Positions 1 through 13,321 of a stretch of 64,000 nucleotides of DNA are shown piece by piece; the stretch's first letter is position 1; every line of letters begins with the position of its first letter. The translations under genes and the position numbers were made by a program. Where the stretch lies: assembly GCA_965202585.1 (NCBI GenBank), contig OZ241831.1, positions 63,922,001-63,986,000 of the forward strand. The letters are read 5' to 3'. The notes below the pieces were generated by a model. It was not told the DNA's origin. It worked only from the letters and a program-made list of their open reading frames with translations, and searched no databases. The DNA is from Thalia democratica (lineage: Eukaryota).

Positions 1-142
1 AAGAATTAGCACATTTGTAAATTTCTATCATAAAAAACTTAAATTCGTTTTGTTTTACTCTATTAAAACATAAGCTGAAAATAAAATCACACAAGTTTCC
101 ACATTTTTCGGTCGTATTTGTGCGCCGAGGTTCCGATCTCTA

Positions 143-324
143 AGGTGCTTCCCCAATATTTGCTGAGTCAGCAAAAAAAAATTATTTGTTTTAAATTTAC
201 ACCCTTGTCCCTAACCCATCTTACCCAAAAATATCAAAAACTAATCAAAATATAGTTTTCAATAGCTAAAATAAAGAAATAAAAGTTATTTTTGCTGATT
301 CAGCAAATATTAGGGGAAACACCT
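143..324. mobile_element. Short MITE-like element with imperfect ~34-bp terminal inverted repeats
   Basis: aggtgcttccccaatatttgctgagtcagcaaa (143-175) is a near reverse complement of tttgctgattcagcaaatattaggggaaacacct (291-324); no coding capacity; TSD not clear. Confidence 0.5.
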
Positions 325-382
325 GAACTGCGGGCTCAGTCTAAATGGACTTTGTATTCTTGTAGGAAGGTTTTTGAATGTA

Positions 383-1112
383 TTTATATACCATTTGCAA
401 CTTAATACCAATAGGTTCATTTTGTTTTTTATATTTTATTACACAAAGCTTTTCAAAATCATGCAAGATTTCTTTGTCAAGTGATAAATTTTAAATGAAA
501 TTTGAAAAAATTTTCGTTGAGTGAATAGCTTAAAAAATAACTTTTAATTATGACGTATGAATAAATTAAAACAAATACAAAAATTAGAGATTCAGTAATT
601 AAAACTAAAGGCATGTTTATTAATAGATTGTTAATAATTACAGCAGACGAATTACAGACCACTGCGGAACAGATAAAAACAGCGCAATATTTGAACATCT
701 TTTTAATTGCACATCCTGTCAAAACTCTGACATTGTTCAAAATTTTAAAGTTTTAAAACGATGTAAGAAAAGCGAACTTTACAGCCTGGAATCAATATTG
801 ATTGAAGAAGAGCGACCTAACTTAAATACGCAAGTAGCATTAAATGGCAAAACAAAGTTATTAACAATCTATTAATAAACATGCCTTTAGTTTTAATTAC
901 TGAATCTCTAATTTTTGTATTTGTTTTAATTTATTCATACGTCATAATTAAAAGTTATTTTTTAAGCTATTCACTCAACGAAAATTTTTTCAAATTTCAT
1001 TTAAAATTTATCACTTGACAAAGAAATCTTGCATGATTTTGAAAAGCTTTGTGTAATAAAATATAAAAAACAAAATGAACCTATTGGTATTAAGTTGCAA
1101 ATGGTATATAAA
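383..1112 (+). mobile_element. Penelope-like retroelement 3' fragment (GIY-YIG endonuclease C-terminus) with inverted pseudo-LTR arrangement
   Basis: 383-637 and 858-1112 are 255-bp inverted repeats that look identical by eye. Frame 645-875 (+) reads RRITDHCGTDKNSAIFEHLFNCTSCQNSDIVQNFKVLKRCKKSELYSLESILIEEERPNLNTQVALNGKTKLLTIY*, matching the R..(E/D)H / SAI.EH / E...I....P.LN.Q pattern of PLE GIY-YIG domains. Confidence 0.8.
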
Positions 1113-3394
1113 GACTTTGTATTCAAAATCCATTTTTTTTTAATTTGTTTGTGAATTTCAAAAGAATATTTTTAGGCATGTTTTTACAACATTAAGTTTT
1201 GTTACCAATATCAAAGATTTTATGAAAAGTTATACTCTTTTAATAAAAACAAAACAAAAATAATATATTTTTTGTTCTCATAGTTTATATTGATGGTAAA
1301 AAAACGATTAAAATTTTTAAAACAGCCAAAAGCCTTTTTTCAAACTGCTAATTAAAAGTTTAAATTTGCGTTTGTTTTAAAAAAACCACAAATAAATTTT
1401 ATGTCTGTTGAAAAATTAACACAAAATTAAAATAAACTTTCAAATTAAATATATTTTCACAACTTAAAGGCCTTGGAAAAGTTAACACAGCAAATAGGAG
1501 TGAAATTTGTTTCCTTGGCGATTATTTCAAAGCATATCAGTAAAATAAAGATTAAACCTTGCAATCTTATGATAATAAATTATGACTTAAAACTCCTTTA
1601 GGTCTTTTAAAGAGATTGTCACGTAATTTTTTTTGTGGTATTTAAGCTAAACTGTAAACTTTATTAAATTTATTAATCTACGTGGATAAAATTTACCTGC
1701 TAAAATGTTTTTTAGTGTTTCTGTAGACATACTTTGTTTAATTACTTTTATTACATTTAAAACTTTATTTTAAAATTAAATAAAACAAAATTTAAGTTTA
1801 AACAAGTTACACGAATTAAAAAATAAATACATACATTGTTCAAATTTCACGTTAAACCAACCATTTAGTCTTTATCATAAATTTAAACTTTTTTGTAATT
1901 TTCTCGACACTAATGTTGTAAATTTATCACTATTGCTTGCTAACTGTTAAATAATTTAAATTTGTGTTGCATGTAACTAAATAGATTGTTTTCAAAAAGT
2001 AACTTGTAGCTTATTTGCATAAATATCAAGTTTTAAGTAATAATTGTTTAATTTTATAAGTTTTATTTATTTAACATGTGTTTTCTTATAAAGCTTTTAA
2101 AACTGTTAATTTTGGTTAAATGATAATTCAAGTAATAATAATTCTAGTTCTTAAATAAAATTTAAGGGACCATACTTTAAAAATTAGTTAAGTTTAAACA
2201 AAAAAATTCTATTAAAATAATAGTTAGTAGTATTTTTATTATGAAAATAAAGCTTGAACAAAAAATGTTCAATATTTACCAAATAAAGTATATTTTAGTA
2301 AGTTTAAAATTATTTAAATCAAACATCACAAAGTATTTTATTATCAACACGATAAAAAATGTACCAAAAGGTTTAAATAATAAATTTATGATTACTTAAA
2401 AACTTATTTTTAATAAAAATTGAAAGAGTTGGCTAACAACAACATAGAATTATCAGAACTTTGCATCAACTAGTTTCTTTTGATCATATATTCACAAAAT
2501 AGCCTAAAAAATGGGCTACTTTGATTATTTCTAGTAATGTATAGTCCTAAAAACATTTGTAGTATAATTTGATTACATATGAAGTTGAAATTTGTAATGC
2601 TTTTTAAACTTTTTGGTTTTTGTATGACTTTATTCATAATGTAGTAGTTTCAGGCTTTACAACACTTTCATTGGTTAACTTTTTATAACATGTGGTTAAA
2701 AAAGTTTTAGTTTTTCAAAATCTTCAATTTATTCATAAATTTCTATTTATTTTAAATTTGAAGTAAAAAGACTACTTTTTAATTATTAAAACTCGTTTTA
2801 ATGAAAACCAAACTAAAAGAGTTTTTAACTTTTTTAAAATAGGATCAAGTTTTAAACATTTTCTTATACAAATCACTCTGGATTAATGTTAAAATAAAAG
2901 TTAAGCAGATAAAAATTACTGACCCTTTGTATACCTTATTAACTCAAAAAGATATAAAAACTTTTTCGATTAATACTTAATCACTTTAATTGTTTTACAA
3001 TAATTTGTTTAAACTTTAGTAGTTTAGCTTAAGTAAATTTAGTTTGTTGCATAATCTAAAAAATTTGAAACAATTAAAAAGAATGAAAACTTAAACAACC
3101 TACAAAAATTATCTTGTTGTTTCTTTTGTAGTTTTTATTCTAAGTAGTTTCATTGTGTTTTAAGACAAAAACTTTTATTAATCCTTTGTACAATGCTAGG
3201 AATAAAAAACAGTGACTTAAGTTACAAAGTTTTCTATAAATTCTAGGAATTTCGTTTAAAAAGTTACTATTGAAGTTTTTAAGATAGAATAGCTTTAGCT
3301 TAAAAAAATAAAAATTAAACTGATTTTTAGTTCAAGTAAACTTTGACATAAAATCTCGTCATTCCACAAAAATTGAGTAATTCAAGTCTTAATA

Positions 3395-6300
3395 ATGAAA
3401 AATAATTTTTCGTTTTTATTACTTTTGGTTGGGTTTTTAAATATTATCGGTTCAGAAGCAGCTAGAAGTAAGTAAATTGATTAAAAAAATTTATTTACTA
3501 TAACTTGCATAATATAAATATATAAAATATATTACAATTACGTTAAGCGTCATTTATTAAACTATTTTGTTGATTTAATACAGTTCCACAAAAACCAAAA
3601 CATACTTTTACTCTATATTAATAATATATTCAGAAAAATCATATATAATATAGTAAAACGTTTTTCTTTTTTTTTTTTTTGAGCAGACATCAAACGTATT
3701 GTTATTGACAATGTATGTAATATAAACAAATTTATCGTTGTGGCTGAGTGGTTAAGGCGATTGACCTGATATTAGTTGGGCTCTGCCCGCGCAGGTTCGA
3801 ATCCTGCCGACGACGATTTTTTTTTTTATTGTTAAAAAACTAAATATTTTTTACAGAATGTGCAGTGATTGATGGAGCTAACACGAATCAAGTTTGCACA
3901 CCATTTGTTTACCAGGTAAACTACTAAATTATATATAAAATTAGAAAATTATGTAAAAAATAAACTAACTTACATTTAATCTAATGCAAGTTTTAATTCA
4001 ATTAGTAAACAATCATAATCAAACAGCTGGCGTTAAACCGCTAAACCACATGTAAAAAATAAGTAAAGTTTTTTAATTGTTTTATCAGGGCGCTAATTAT
4101 ACCGACTGTGAAAGCGAATTGGGGTTAACAGGATATTACGACTGGTGCTTATTACCCGGTCAGGACGGTTTGACCTACGATAATTATAGTTACTGTGGGG
4201 ATTGTTTGGACGAAGAACCAACTTATACTACTGAGGTTTGTTTTATACTAGGGGAATTTATTTAGTTCGGATACGTATACTGATGTGTAGTAATTACACA
4301 CAAATTAAAGTAGTGCGTCTTAAAATTTAAGTGAAACATTTCTGACTTTTTAAAAAACTTTTACAAAAACTAAAAACATTTTTTGTTTGTTATATCATAG
4401 GAAGATTTTATTCAAATATTTTTTTTGCATAATATAAGGCAGTTTTCAAAAAAAAACTTTTTTGCTTAAAAGTTTTTCAAGCTAATCTTTATATTAAATT
4501 TGTCAGACTTTGCTTCACTAAGACTTTTACAGCCTTAGTTATTATTATTTTTAAATTATGGCTTTAACAACTGTTAACACTGCATATATTTATTTAAGAG
4601 TTTCCTTTTAATTTGAGTATAAATGTCTAATTATTTTTGTAACAAAACTGCTATTAACAACTTTTGTCAATAAATGTTTAGTTTTATTCATTTTTTTTAA
4701 TAATCGTTTCTAAGTGTTTTACTAAATTATTATTTCTTCCCTATAACGCAGACTAATTAAATAATAGTAGCTTGGGTTTATATAAAGCTTTTTGAGATTA
4801 ATTCTAATGATTAATAGTAATTTTAAAACGAAAACGGTTTTAATTATTGTAAGCATTATAACAATTATTTCATAACTTTGCTATCAACGACATAAAGTGA
4901 AAAAACTTTTTATTCCGCAGATTATTCCTACAAAAACTTCTCCTGAAAGTACTACTTCCGAAACTGATATTCCTGGTAAAACTACTCCTAAAAATGAAAC
5001 TTCTGAAATTATTAATCCCAAAAGTGCTACTTCTGAAACTGACATTCCTACAAAAACTACTCCTAAAAATGAAACTTCTGAAATTAGTAACCCCAAAAGT
5101 ACGACTTCTAATAATAAAACGTCCGAAATTAATAATCCTAAAAGTACTACTTTTGAAGTTACAACTCCTAACAATAATACTTCTGAATTGATTACTCCTA
5201 AAAATGTTACTTCTAAAATCAATACTCCTAAAAATACTACTTCTGAAATTATTACTACTGAATTCACTGAAAAAGTTGCGTCTTCTACTAAGTCTTCTGA
5301 AAAAGTTACAACTACTACAGAAGTCCCTGAAAATGTTACAACTACTACTGAAGTCTCTGATATAGTTACAACTACTACTGGTGCAACTGAAAAAATTACA
5401 ACAACTACTGAAGCCCCAGGTATAGTTACAATTTCTACAAAAGCAACTGAGAAAATTACAACAACTACTGAAGCCCCAGGTATAGTTACAATTTCTACAA
5501 AAGCAACTGAGAAAATTACAACAACTACAGAAGCCACTGAAGATGTTACAATTACTACAGAAGTCCCTGATATAGATACAACTACTAAAAAGGTCCCTGA
5601 AAAAGTTACAACTTTTACAGAAGCAACTGAAAATGTTACAATTAGTACTGATGCACCAGCTGTAGTTCCAGTACATACCAACGAAGAACAAACAACTACA
5701 GAAAAAGCTCCAGTAAAAGTTACTACTCCTCAAAAAACAACAGGTTTACTGTCTTATTTTGTACTTTACTTCAAAATTAGCTCGTTTGTTCCTTATAAGC
5801 CAATTTAAATTACTATTTGAAATGAGTATATAAGTCTACTAACGTTAAAATTTTAGATTAAACTTGAGTAGCTCTTAACTTGAAAAAGTTTTATTATATC
5901 AAAAAATCTAAAAGTTGTTTGTTTTAGATTGAAAATTTGAAAACAGTTTAAACAAATTATTTTTATTTTTTTTAGTTTTTCCTTTTAAGTAAACCAAATT
6001 TACAGAAACATCAAAAGGTAGTTCAACATCAGAACAAGAAGTAAATGTTACTGTTAAAGACCCAGATACAAGAACTCAAAAACCTGAAAATACAACTACA
6101 ACCCAGAACCAACCTAAATCTAAAACTACAACTATAAAGCAAACTGAAACTTCAACTAAGACCTTAAAACTAACTGAATCTACGAATACGACCTTAAAAC
6201 AACCTGAAACACCAACTACAATCTTTAAACAACTTGAATCCACAACTCAGAAACAACTTGTTACAACTACCATTGTTACTACAAACATTTCTAAAATTTC

Positions 6301-9300
6301 GCCCCCTAAACAAACTGCTTCAAACTTGATTCCTGAAGAAACTAATTCTAAAAATATTCCTAAAGAAGGCACAGAGCTATCAACAGCTATTGAAACAACC
6401 ACCCCAGTTGCTGCGACAACTTTAGAAACAACAACACAAGAAATTATCACCACAACTGAAACAAACACCCCTGAGTTTCCTGTTACAAGTTCCGAGTCTC
6501 CTGATGAAGTTTTAAGAACTACTGAAGCAAGAACTGTTACTTATCAAGAAACAACTAAAAAAGAAACAAATGCGAGTGCTAAACAAGCTACAACTAAACA
6601 CGTTACTGAAAAACTAACTACAAAACCTTATAACAAAACGAGAAAGTCTGGAGGTAAATTTATGTTTTTTTTTTTTGAAACGACACTGAGAATATATATC
6701 TTAAATGTGTTATTCTACGTTATAACTAAAAATGTATTTAAGTTTTTTTTTTGAATGAGTGTAACATAATGAAGATGAGTTTTTTTTTTCCGGTGTTTAT
6801 TATGTTAAAAAAACTTACTTTAGAAAATTTGAAAGCTGTATAAATACTTTTATTAATTTTCACCTCAACAACTAAACAATCTTTATTTCAAGCATGATTT
6901 TTTATATGTTTTACGGGATAAAAAACACAATAAATAAACATCTAACTTAAAACATCAAAGTATTTTTTTTTAACATTAAACTTTTCTCTAAAAAATATTT
7001 ACATTCTACTTCATAGTTTATTATAATGGTTATTAATGCTAAAAAGTATTTTTATAGACATTTATAGTATTAACAGCTTTAGCAACTACAAAACTTATTA
7101 GAGTCAACATTTTTTTCTAAATTCATAGGTTAAATAACTAATTTAAATTGATAGTAAATACAATATTTAATGCGTTGTATTTTGTAATTTATTCATTCAA
7201 ATATTAAATTCTACCTCATGGTTTGTAAACCTTACAATTTTTCTTTAGAAATCAGTGTAAATTACTTAGTAATAATTTATTTCAACAGTTTGCAAAGTAG
7301 AATGGAGCTGGGCGAAAGCAAAGTATTTACAGACTAATACCAGGTGCAAATCAGAAGAATGTCTGGTACATAACCCTGGTTATTTTAACGAATACGAATA
7401 TTGTTACGTTCCTGGTAAGCTTTTATATGTCTACTGTGGCAAATGTCTCGATTCTGCAGAAAAATATGAAGTAATTGATATCACCACCGCTGGTGAAAAC
7501 ACTGACATTTCAACAACTACCGATGAAAAGAACGTTTCTATGGGAACTGAGAATTATGACGTCACAAGAGAACCAAAAGAAGTTGAAAATAAACTCGAAG
7601 TTACAACAATTTTATCTGAAGAAACAACAACGGCAGATATTCTAGGTACTGAATTGAAAACAACTGAACCTGAAGTCAATAAAAACGAAACTAAAGTTGA
7701 AAACGATACAACTGTTTCTATGGAAACTGAAAGTTATGACGTCATAACTGAATCTAATCAAGTCAAAACTGAATCAAAAAGAGTTGAAAACAAACTTGGA
7801 GACACAACAACTTTATCTGATGAAGCAACAGTAGCAAATATTTCAAATACTAAAGTTAAAACCACTAAACCTGAATTCAATAAAAACGAAACTAAAGTTA
7901 AAAATGTCGATACAACTGTAAATGGTACAAATGAAAAAACAAAAACAAAAAGTAAGTTGACTGTTAAATGCTTTTTTATACAAAAATTTAATCTAGACAT
8001 AGGTAGCCAAACCCAAAAAGAATAAAATCAGTATGTTACAATCATCAATGACACCCTGATATTTTCTAAACATTGTGTTTTAATTTTTGAAACTTTTGAC
8101 CTAAATAAATACGTAAATAACAGAAAATAAACAAAATAAAAACAATAAAAGAGAAAATAAAAAAGAAAAAATTAGCTTTAAAAGTTTGTTTAGTTTTTTT
8201 TCATATAACTTTTTTTTAATTTTAATTTAATTAGTTGTAAAGTGTTTTGATGTTTTAAATATATCATAGTATATTTATTTTTCTTAACTTACAAACTTTT
8301 TTATTTTTTTTACTACAACTTTTTTCTATTGTTTTTAAATTAAAACCAAAAACTGTTTAGTTTACCATTCTTTTTTTTAAACTATTATCTTTAAGTATTT
8401 GAAAATTAAACTAATTTTTTTCTGAAGATACTTTAACTAAACAAGAAAATGCTATATATTAATTTATTTAATGTATATTAAAAGTATTTACGAATGGATA
8501 ACAACGACTTAGTTTTTTAACATTCTTAACTGGTTTCTAAAGTTACTTTTACATACATACAAACTAAACTACTTTCGAATAAAGTAAGTACTAATTTTTA
8601 GAAAGTGTACTTTTAGCAATAACACATCAAATTAAAAACTTTAAATAATATAAGTATAGCGTGAACTCAACTAAAATAAACTAAATGTTAACAAAATAAA
8701 ATTCTTTTAATTACCCACTAAATAGAAATTAACTAGTTTTTAAGTCTTTTACAGTTTTTTTTAATTTAAAGATTTAAGAAAGTTTTTTATTAAATTGTTA
8801 TTATTTTTTACAGCAAGTAACTGGGGCCTACTAGGAGCATTTATTGTTGGTTTTATCATTGTAATAACTGCCTTTATTGTCAAGTTAGTTTTCATATTAA
8901 TTAAGTTTGTTTTTTTTTCAATTGTAATAACTGTCTATATTGTCAAGTTAGTTTAAAACAAATTTACTTTATTTCCATCATTTTTATATTTATATTATCA
9001 ATTTATTTAAACAGTTTTTACAACTCCTATATAAGAATATTAGCAGTAAAGGTTGCTAAATAAACATAAAGTTGATAGTTAGCTAAAGTCTACTTGTATA
9101 TCGACTTATATTAAATAAGTTATAAAAAAACTTAAAGCTAAAGCTTAACAAACTTTTTATAATTTTTCAACTGTGTGATACTTAAATTTTTATAAAGTGT
9201 ACTTAGTAAGATTTTTGAAAATAAAAGTTCTTATATTTAAGCATCAGTCTTTAGCTCACTGTAAAATACTAAGTCTTCAAAAAACTTTCTAAACGTTATT

Positions 9301-9538
9301 AAATTGTAACTCATATATCTAGTAAAAAACAAAAAATCTCTTATTAATAACAAACATCACTTGTAAAAATTAAAAATGCCCAAAATTTTGATTTATTGAT
9401 TTTGAAATTCAAGTTAGAAAAATTTAACAGTATTTATATTAATTTTATTAAAAAGTTTTAATAAAATTAGTTTTAATTAGGAACAGGAGGAACTTAAAGG
9501 AGAAAGTAAATAAAACTAGCGATTCAGAGATGGTATAG
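3395..9538 (+). CDS. Gene 1: type I transmembrane mucin-like protein with two six-Cys (FN2-like) modules, ~846 aa
   Basis: Exons 3395-3467 (signal peptide MKNNFSFLLLLVGFLNIIGSEAAR), 3857-3915, 4089-4235 (module CAVIDGANTNQVCTPFVYQ|GANYTDC..WC..CGDC), 4921-5743 and 6006-6653 (Thr/Pro/Glu mucin), 7289-7951 (second divergent 6-Cys module plus acidic stalk), 8814-8883 (TM WGLLGAFIVGFIIVITAFIV), 9481-9538 (tail KNRRNLKEKVNKTSDSEMV*). All junctions are GT-AG and phases are consistent (2541 nt). Confidence 0.85.
3734..3815 (+). pseudogene. tRNA-Ser(TGA)-derived gene, probably pseudogene, in intron 1 of gene 1
   Basis: 82-nt type II tRNA with A box TGGCTGAGTGG, B box GGTTCGAATCC, long variable arm and oligo-T terminator. 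It has a mismatch at pair 1-72, two G-U pairs in the anticodon stem and loop CC-TGA-TA (C at invariant U33). Confidence 0.75.
4921..5700 (+). repeat. Coding tandem repeats in mucin exon of gene 1 (TTPKN..SEI-type units, then 30-nt/10-aa units; exact 60-nt duplication at 5401-5520)
   Basis: Lines 5401-5460 and 5461-5520 are identical; the translation shows TTTTEAPGIVTISTKATEKI repeats. Confidence 0.9.
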
Positions 9539-9539
9539 A

Positions 9540-9665
9540 AAGACACGTCATCCAAGTTGTTAACCTTTGTTGTTAACCAAGTTGTTAATCACGAATTCAA
9601 CCTTTTATACGTCACAACCTGAATTGATGTGACGTCACAAATCGGTGACGTCATAAAAGTTCTTC
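9540..9665. promoter_or_regulatory. Cluster of CRE-like TGACGTCA / ACGTCA motifs immediately 3' of gene 1 stop
   Basis: gtgacgtcac and gtgacgtcat palindromes plus two ACGTCA half sites within ~125 bp of CpG-poor DNA; function not demonstrated. Confidence 0.4.
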
Positions 9666-10544
9666 GAAAAGGTTTCGCGCTTAAAGCTCAGCTTTTCTTT
9701 GTTTTCATCTTTTACTCTTTTGTTTTGTACGTTTCAAATAGAATTATATAGAATTATTTGCGATAAATAAATACAAAATTTAATTTGGTGTAAATTTGCA
9801 TGACTTTCGATTAATTGTTACTTTTGGTGAATGGAATGTAAAAATCTTTTTGGTGAATATATTGTAGACTACATATATAAATGGTGTACTAACATTTTTA
9901 TTGCAACACTGAATCAAACTTTCAATCATGAAATTGTTATATTTAGTAAATGTTCTTACAGCTAATTTGTTTTAACCTGAAACAAATTTTCACAAACTAA
10001 TTTTTGGCTTATGGTTAACAAAATGTATAATTTTCAGTAGTAAACGGTAGCTTTTAAAACTAACTTAAGCAAAGGTAATCTAATATGAAATTTAAGTTAA
10101 AAAGTTATAAGTTTTTTAAGTTTTTTGTAAATTATAAATAAATGATATTTTATTATATGCTTTTAAGAATAGTTAAATTAAACCAATAAATAAATTATTT
10201 AATTAATCCACCAATCATACAAAACTGTAACATGCATGTTTATTAACAACATTATATCATATTTACTCTTTTTTTAATCACAAAAATAACGAAACATATA
10301 TTTGACTTCTGCATAAAACAATTAGCATTAAATCAAAACTTTTTTTAAGGTCCTTGCTTGTTCTAAAAGGACTTTTTTTTAATCGTTTTAAGTCTCTTAA
10401 AACTTGCTAATATGTTTAAAAAAACGATGGTTTTCATTTTTTACTTGAGTAGTAAAAATTAATTTTCTACTATCTATCATAGACTTTATTAAAAATAAGA
10501 CTTTTTCAAACACTTTATATATAGTTTAAGTCCTAAAATAGTAT

Positions 10545-10722
10545 ATTAAGAACAAAACTTTATATTTAAAGAAGAAAATTTATGTTCGTTTGTTTAAATC
10601 GTTAATTTAAAACCTGATAAGTGTGTTTTTTATCATTAAGAACAAAACTTTATATTTAAAGAAGAAAATTTATGTTCGTTTGTTTAAATCGTTAATTTAA
10701 AACCTGATAAGTGTGTTTTTTT
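10545..10722. repeat. Tandem duplication, 90-bp period, 2 copies
   Basis: attaagaacaaaactttatatttaaagaag...gtgtgtttttt starts at 10545 and at 10635. Confidence 0.9.
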
Positions 10723-11084
10723 ATATTAATACTTAACCACAAATTAGTCTTATGACTTCTAGAAACAAACCACAAAAGTAAAACAAAAGTTTAAGCAAAA
10801 TGCAAATGTTTTTTATCATATCTTTTAGACGTTTTGTTAGTTTAAAACAATTAGAAGTAAATTTCAAATCTTCGTGGTGATAGTTTGTAATAAAAACTTA
10901 TTTAGTGTTTTACAAACGTTATCATGTAAATGACATAATTTTACATGCATATACTTTATTACATTAAGTTATATTTGTTTGTTTAGATAAACTTTTCTAT
11001 AACGTGTTACAGTAACTTTAGAGACAAACTTTATTATATCTTTTTTACAACTTCTAAATTTTAAAAATAATAAATACAGTACAA

Positions 11085-11285
11085 CTTAAGTTTCAACAAG
11101 TGTTTTAAGTTATACGAATTAAAAATAAACACAAATATCATTCAAATTTCACGTTAAAACCAACCATTTAATCTTAAAAAAACATAAATTTAAACTTTTT
11201 GTCATTTTCTCAATACTAAAGTTGTAAATTTATCAGTATTTCTTGCTAACTATTAAATAATTAAAATTTTTTGTGCATGTAAACT
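11085..11285 (+). repeat. Paralogous upstream block shared by genes 1 and 2 (matches ~1790-1977)
   Basis: Shared strings such as acgaattaaaaataaa, ttcaaatttcacgttaaa, caaccattta, gttgtaaatttatca and ttgctaact occur in the same order, indicating the duplication included upstream DNA. Confidence 0.8.
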
Positions 11286-13321
11286 TAAAAGCATGCTTTT
11301 AAAATGTAATTTTCTACTTTGTAGATCAATTATCAAAAGTATAGTTTCAATAGTTTTTGTTTAACTTTAAAAGTCTTAAAATTAAAGAAAAAAATACTGT
11401 TTTCTCGAATCGACTTAGAAAAAAACTTACTTTAAGCATAGAGCAAGATTCGAGAAAAAAAAGAACTAAAAATTGAGATTGTTTACAAGTTTACTTTAGT
11501 TTTTTTTTACGGTATTTTTACAGTTATTTTTTAAGTTTTTTTATTGTTTATTAAAGTTAAACTGTTTATTATTATTTTAAGTTCCTAATATTTTAAGCAT
11601 AAATTAAACTTAATTTATTTTAAGTAACAACAATTAATTTCTTTTTCTTCATATTCTAGTGCGTTTTAAATTTTACAAAAATAAATTTGTAAAACTATGT
11701 TTTTATATGAGTACCACGCTATTTTATTGAGATATTTTTACTTTGAGCCTGTTTTTTAATTATGAGTAAATTTGTGAACAGTTGTAGTATATATTTCTTT
11801 TTTTTTTTTACCAATACAATTTTGCTGTCTTTCAATTCTATTACCAAATAAAATACCATTTTTTAAATACATATACTTTAAACATAAAGTATAAACTAAC
11901 TAAAATAAATTAAAAAATGTTTAAAATACTTTAAACTCAAGTATCGAAACTTATACAAAATCAGTTAAAATCCAGACGCATAAAATTTTCTCCAGGGACT
12001 TTATATCGATGCTAAATATTTTTCATCGTAAAAATTTATTGATTACCTGTTTTAAAGCTGAACATGTTAAAATATATTTTAAAATATCTGTAAAAAAAAA
12101 CTTGTAAAGATCGATACATTTATTATTTATACTTAAGTTGTCATTCAATGATTTTTTTTTTAATTAAACTGTTGTATTTTATAATTTATTGTTTAATAGA
12201 AACCTTACTTTTTCTTTAAATATTAATGATCTTTCTTACATATTTACATGTTGATTTGTATCAATATTTGTTTTATATTGTCTATTCTAATTGAAGTTAT
12301 TTGTATTCAAGTGATCATTTAACTTAAAAGACGTTTTTTATTTTCTCAGAAGCTTTTGTTTGTTTTAGTAGGATGATGTTTGCTTTAATGAGTTTCAAAG
12401 TTTTTACGATTATAACCTTTTAAACTTTTCTTATGAAAATTCCTAGCTTATTACTCATTATTTTATAAAAGCGTTTTAAGTGTTACAACTTTTAATTGTT
12501 GGTAAAGTTTCAAAATCCAACAACTTGAAATGAATTTTTATGCTTTTAGTAACAGGTTGACTTCAGTTAGTTTTTTAAAATCAAAAAAATGGAATGTTTA
12601 TTTGTTTAGGTAGAACTATTAGTCAACTTATAAATTTCTAGTTAAATTCTATTATTAGAGATGTTGCTAAAATAAAATTAGTAATTATGTTTTAGTAAAA
12701 ATTATTTTGATAACATACTTTTTTATACCATTTTAGAAAAACATAGTTAAATGCTTATACCTAGCTAGTTCCTAACTGAAATATTGAGCACTTGCGTTTA
12801 AATTAAAGTAAATACGTTTAACTAAATACACTAAATTTTAATTTATAAAGTTATTGTGTTAAATTTTACTTAACAAAAAACTCTATATAATTTTTGTTTA
12901 GTGTTTATACATGTATACTTGTTAACAGTTTATGCATCTAAGGGAGAAACAAAAAACAGTATGACGTAACACCAAACGTTATTACGTATCAAGTAACATT
13001 ATTACGTAACAACTAAATAAAATTTTGTCGAATAATTCTGCGAAAAGAAGATATGTTGATCTTTCGGTGTTAATATTTCAGCATTTGTTTTTGACAAAGT
13101 TGATATAAAGAAAAAAAATAATTAAGAATATTTGTTCATTATAAACAGTTAAACATTAAATTCCAAGATAACTTTTATTATTCTTATTGAAAGGTAAGTA
13201 TAGTATAACTTACTTTTTTAGATGAATAAACTGAACATTTTAAGCACAATAAGCTCATAATTTAAAAATTTAACACTTGCAGATATTTTAAGTAATTTAA
13301 AAACTATTTCAAGTCTTAATA

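Noticed and set aside
477-740. 87-aa minus-strand ORF
   Set aside because: Lies in the Penelope inverted arm and antisense to the GIY-YIG fragment; AT-rich hydrophobic translation with no motif.
4870-5733. Long antisense ORFs (287 aa Cys/Ser-rich, 265 aa Val-rich) and alternate-frame ORF 4994-5191
   Set aside because: Shadow frames of the ACT/ACA/GAA-rich mucin exon, which lacks antisense stop codons; the same applies to 6247, 7758, 14899, 43567, 46002, 47480, 47676, 48080, 49702, 53625 and 58968.
11400-11458. 12-bp inverted repeat ttttctcgaatc / gattcgagaaaa
   Set aside because: Short, isolated, half poly-T/A; no TSD or second copy seen.
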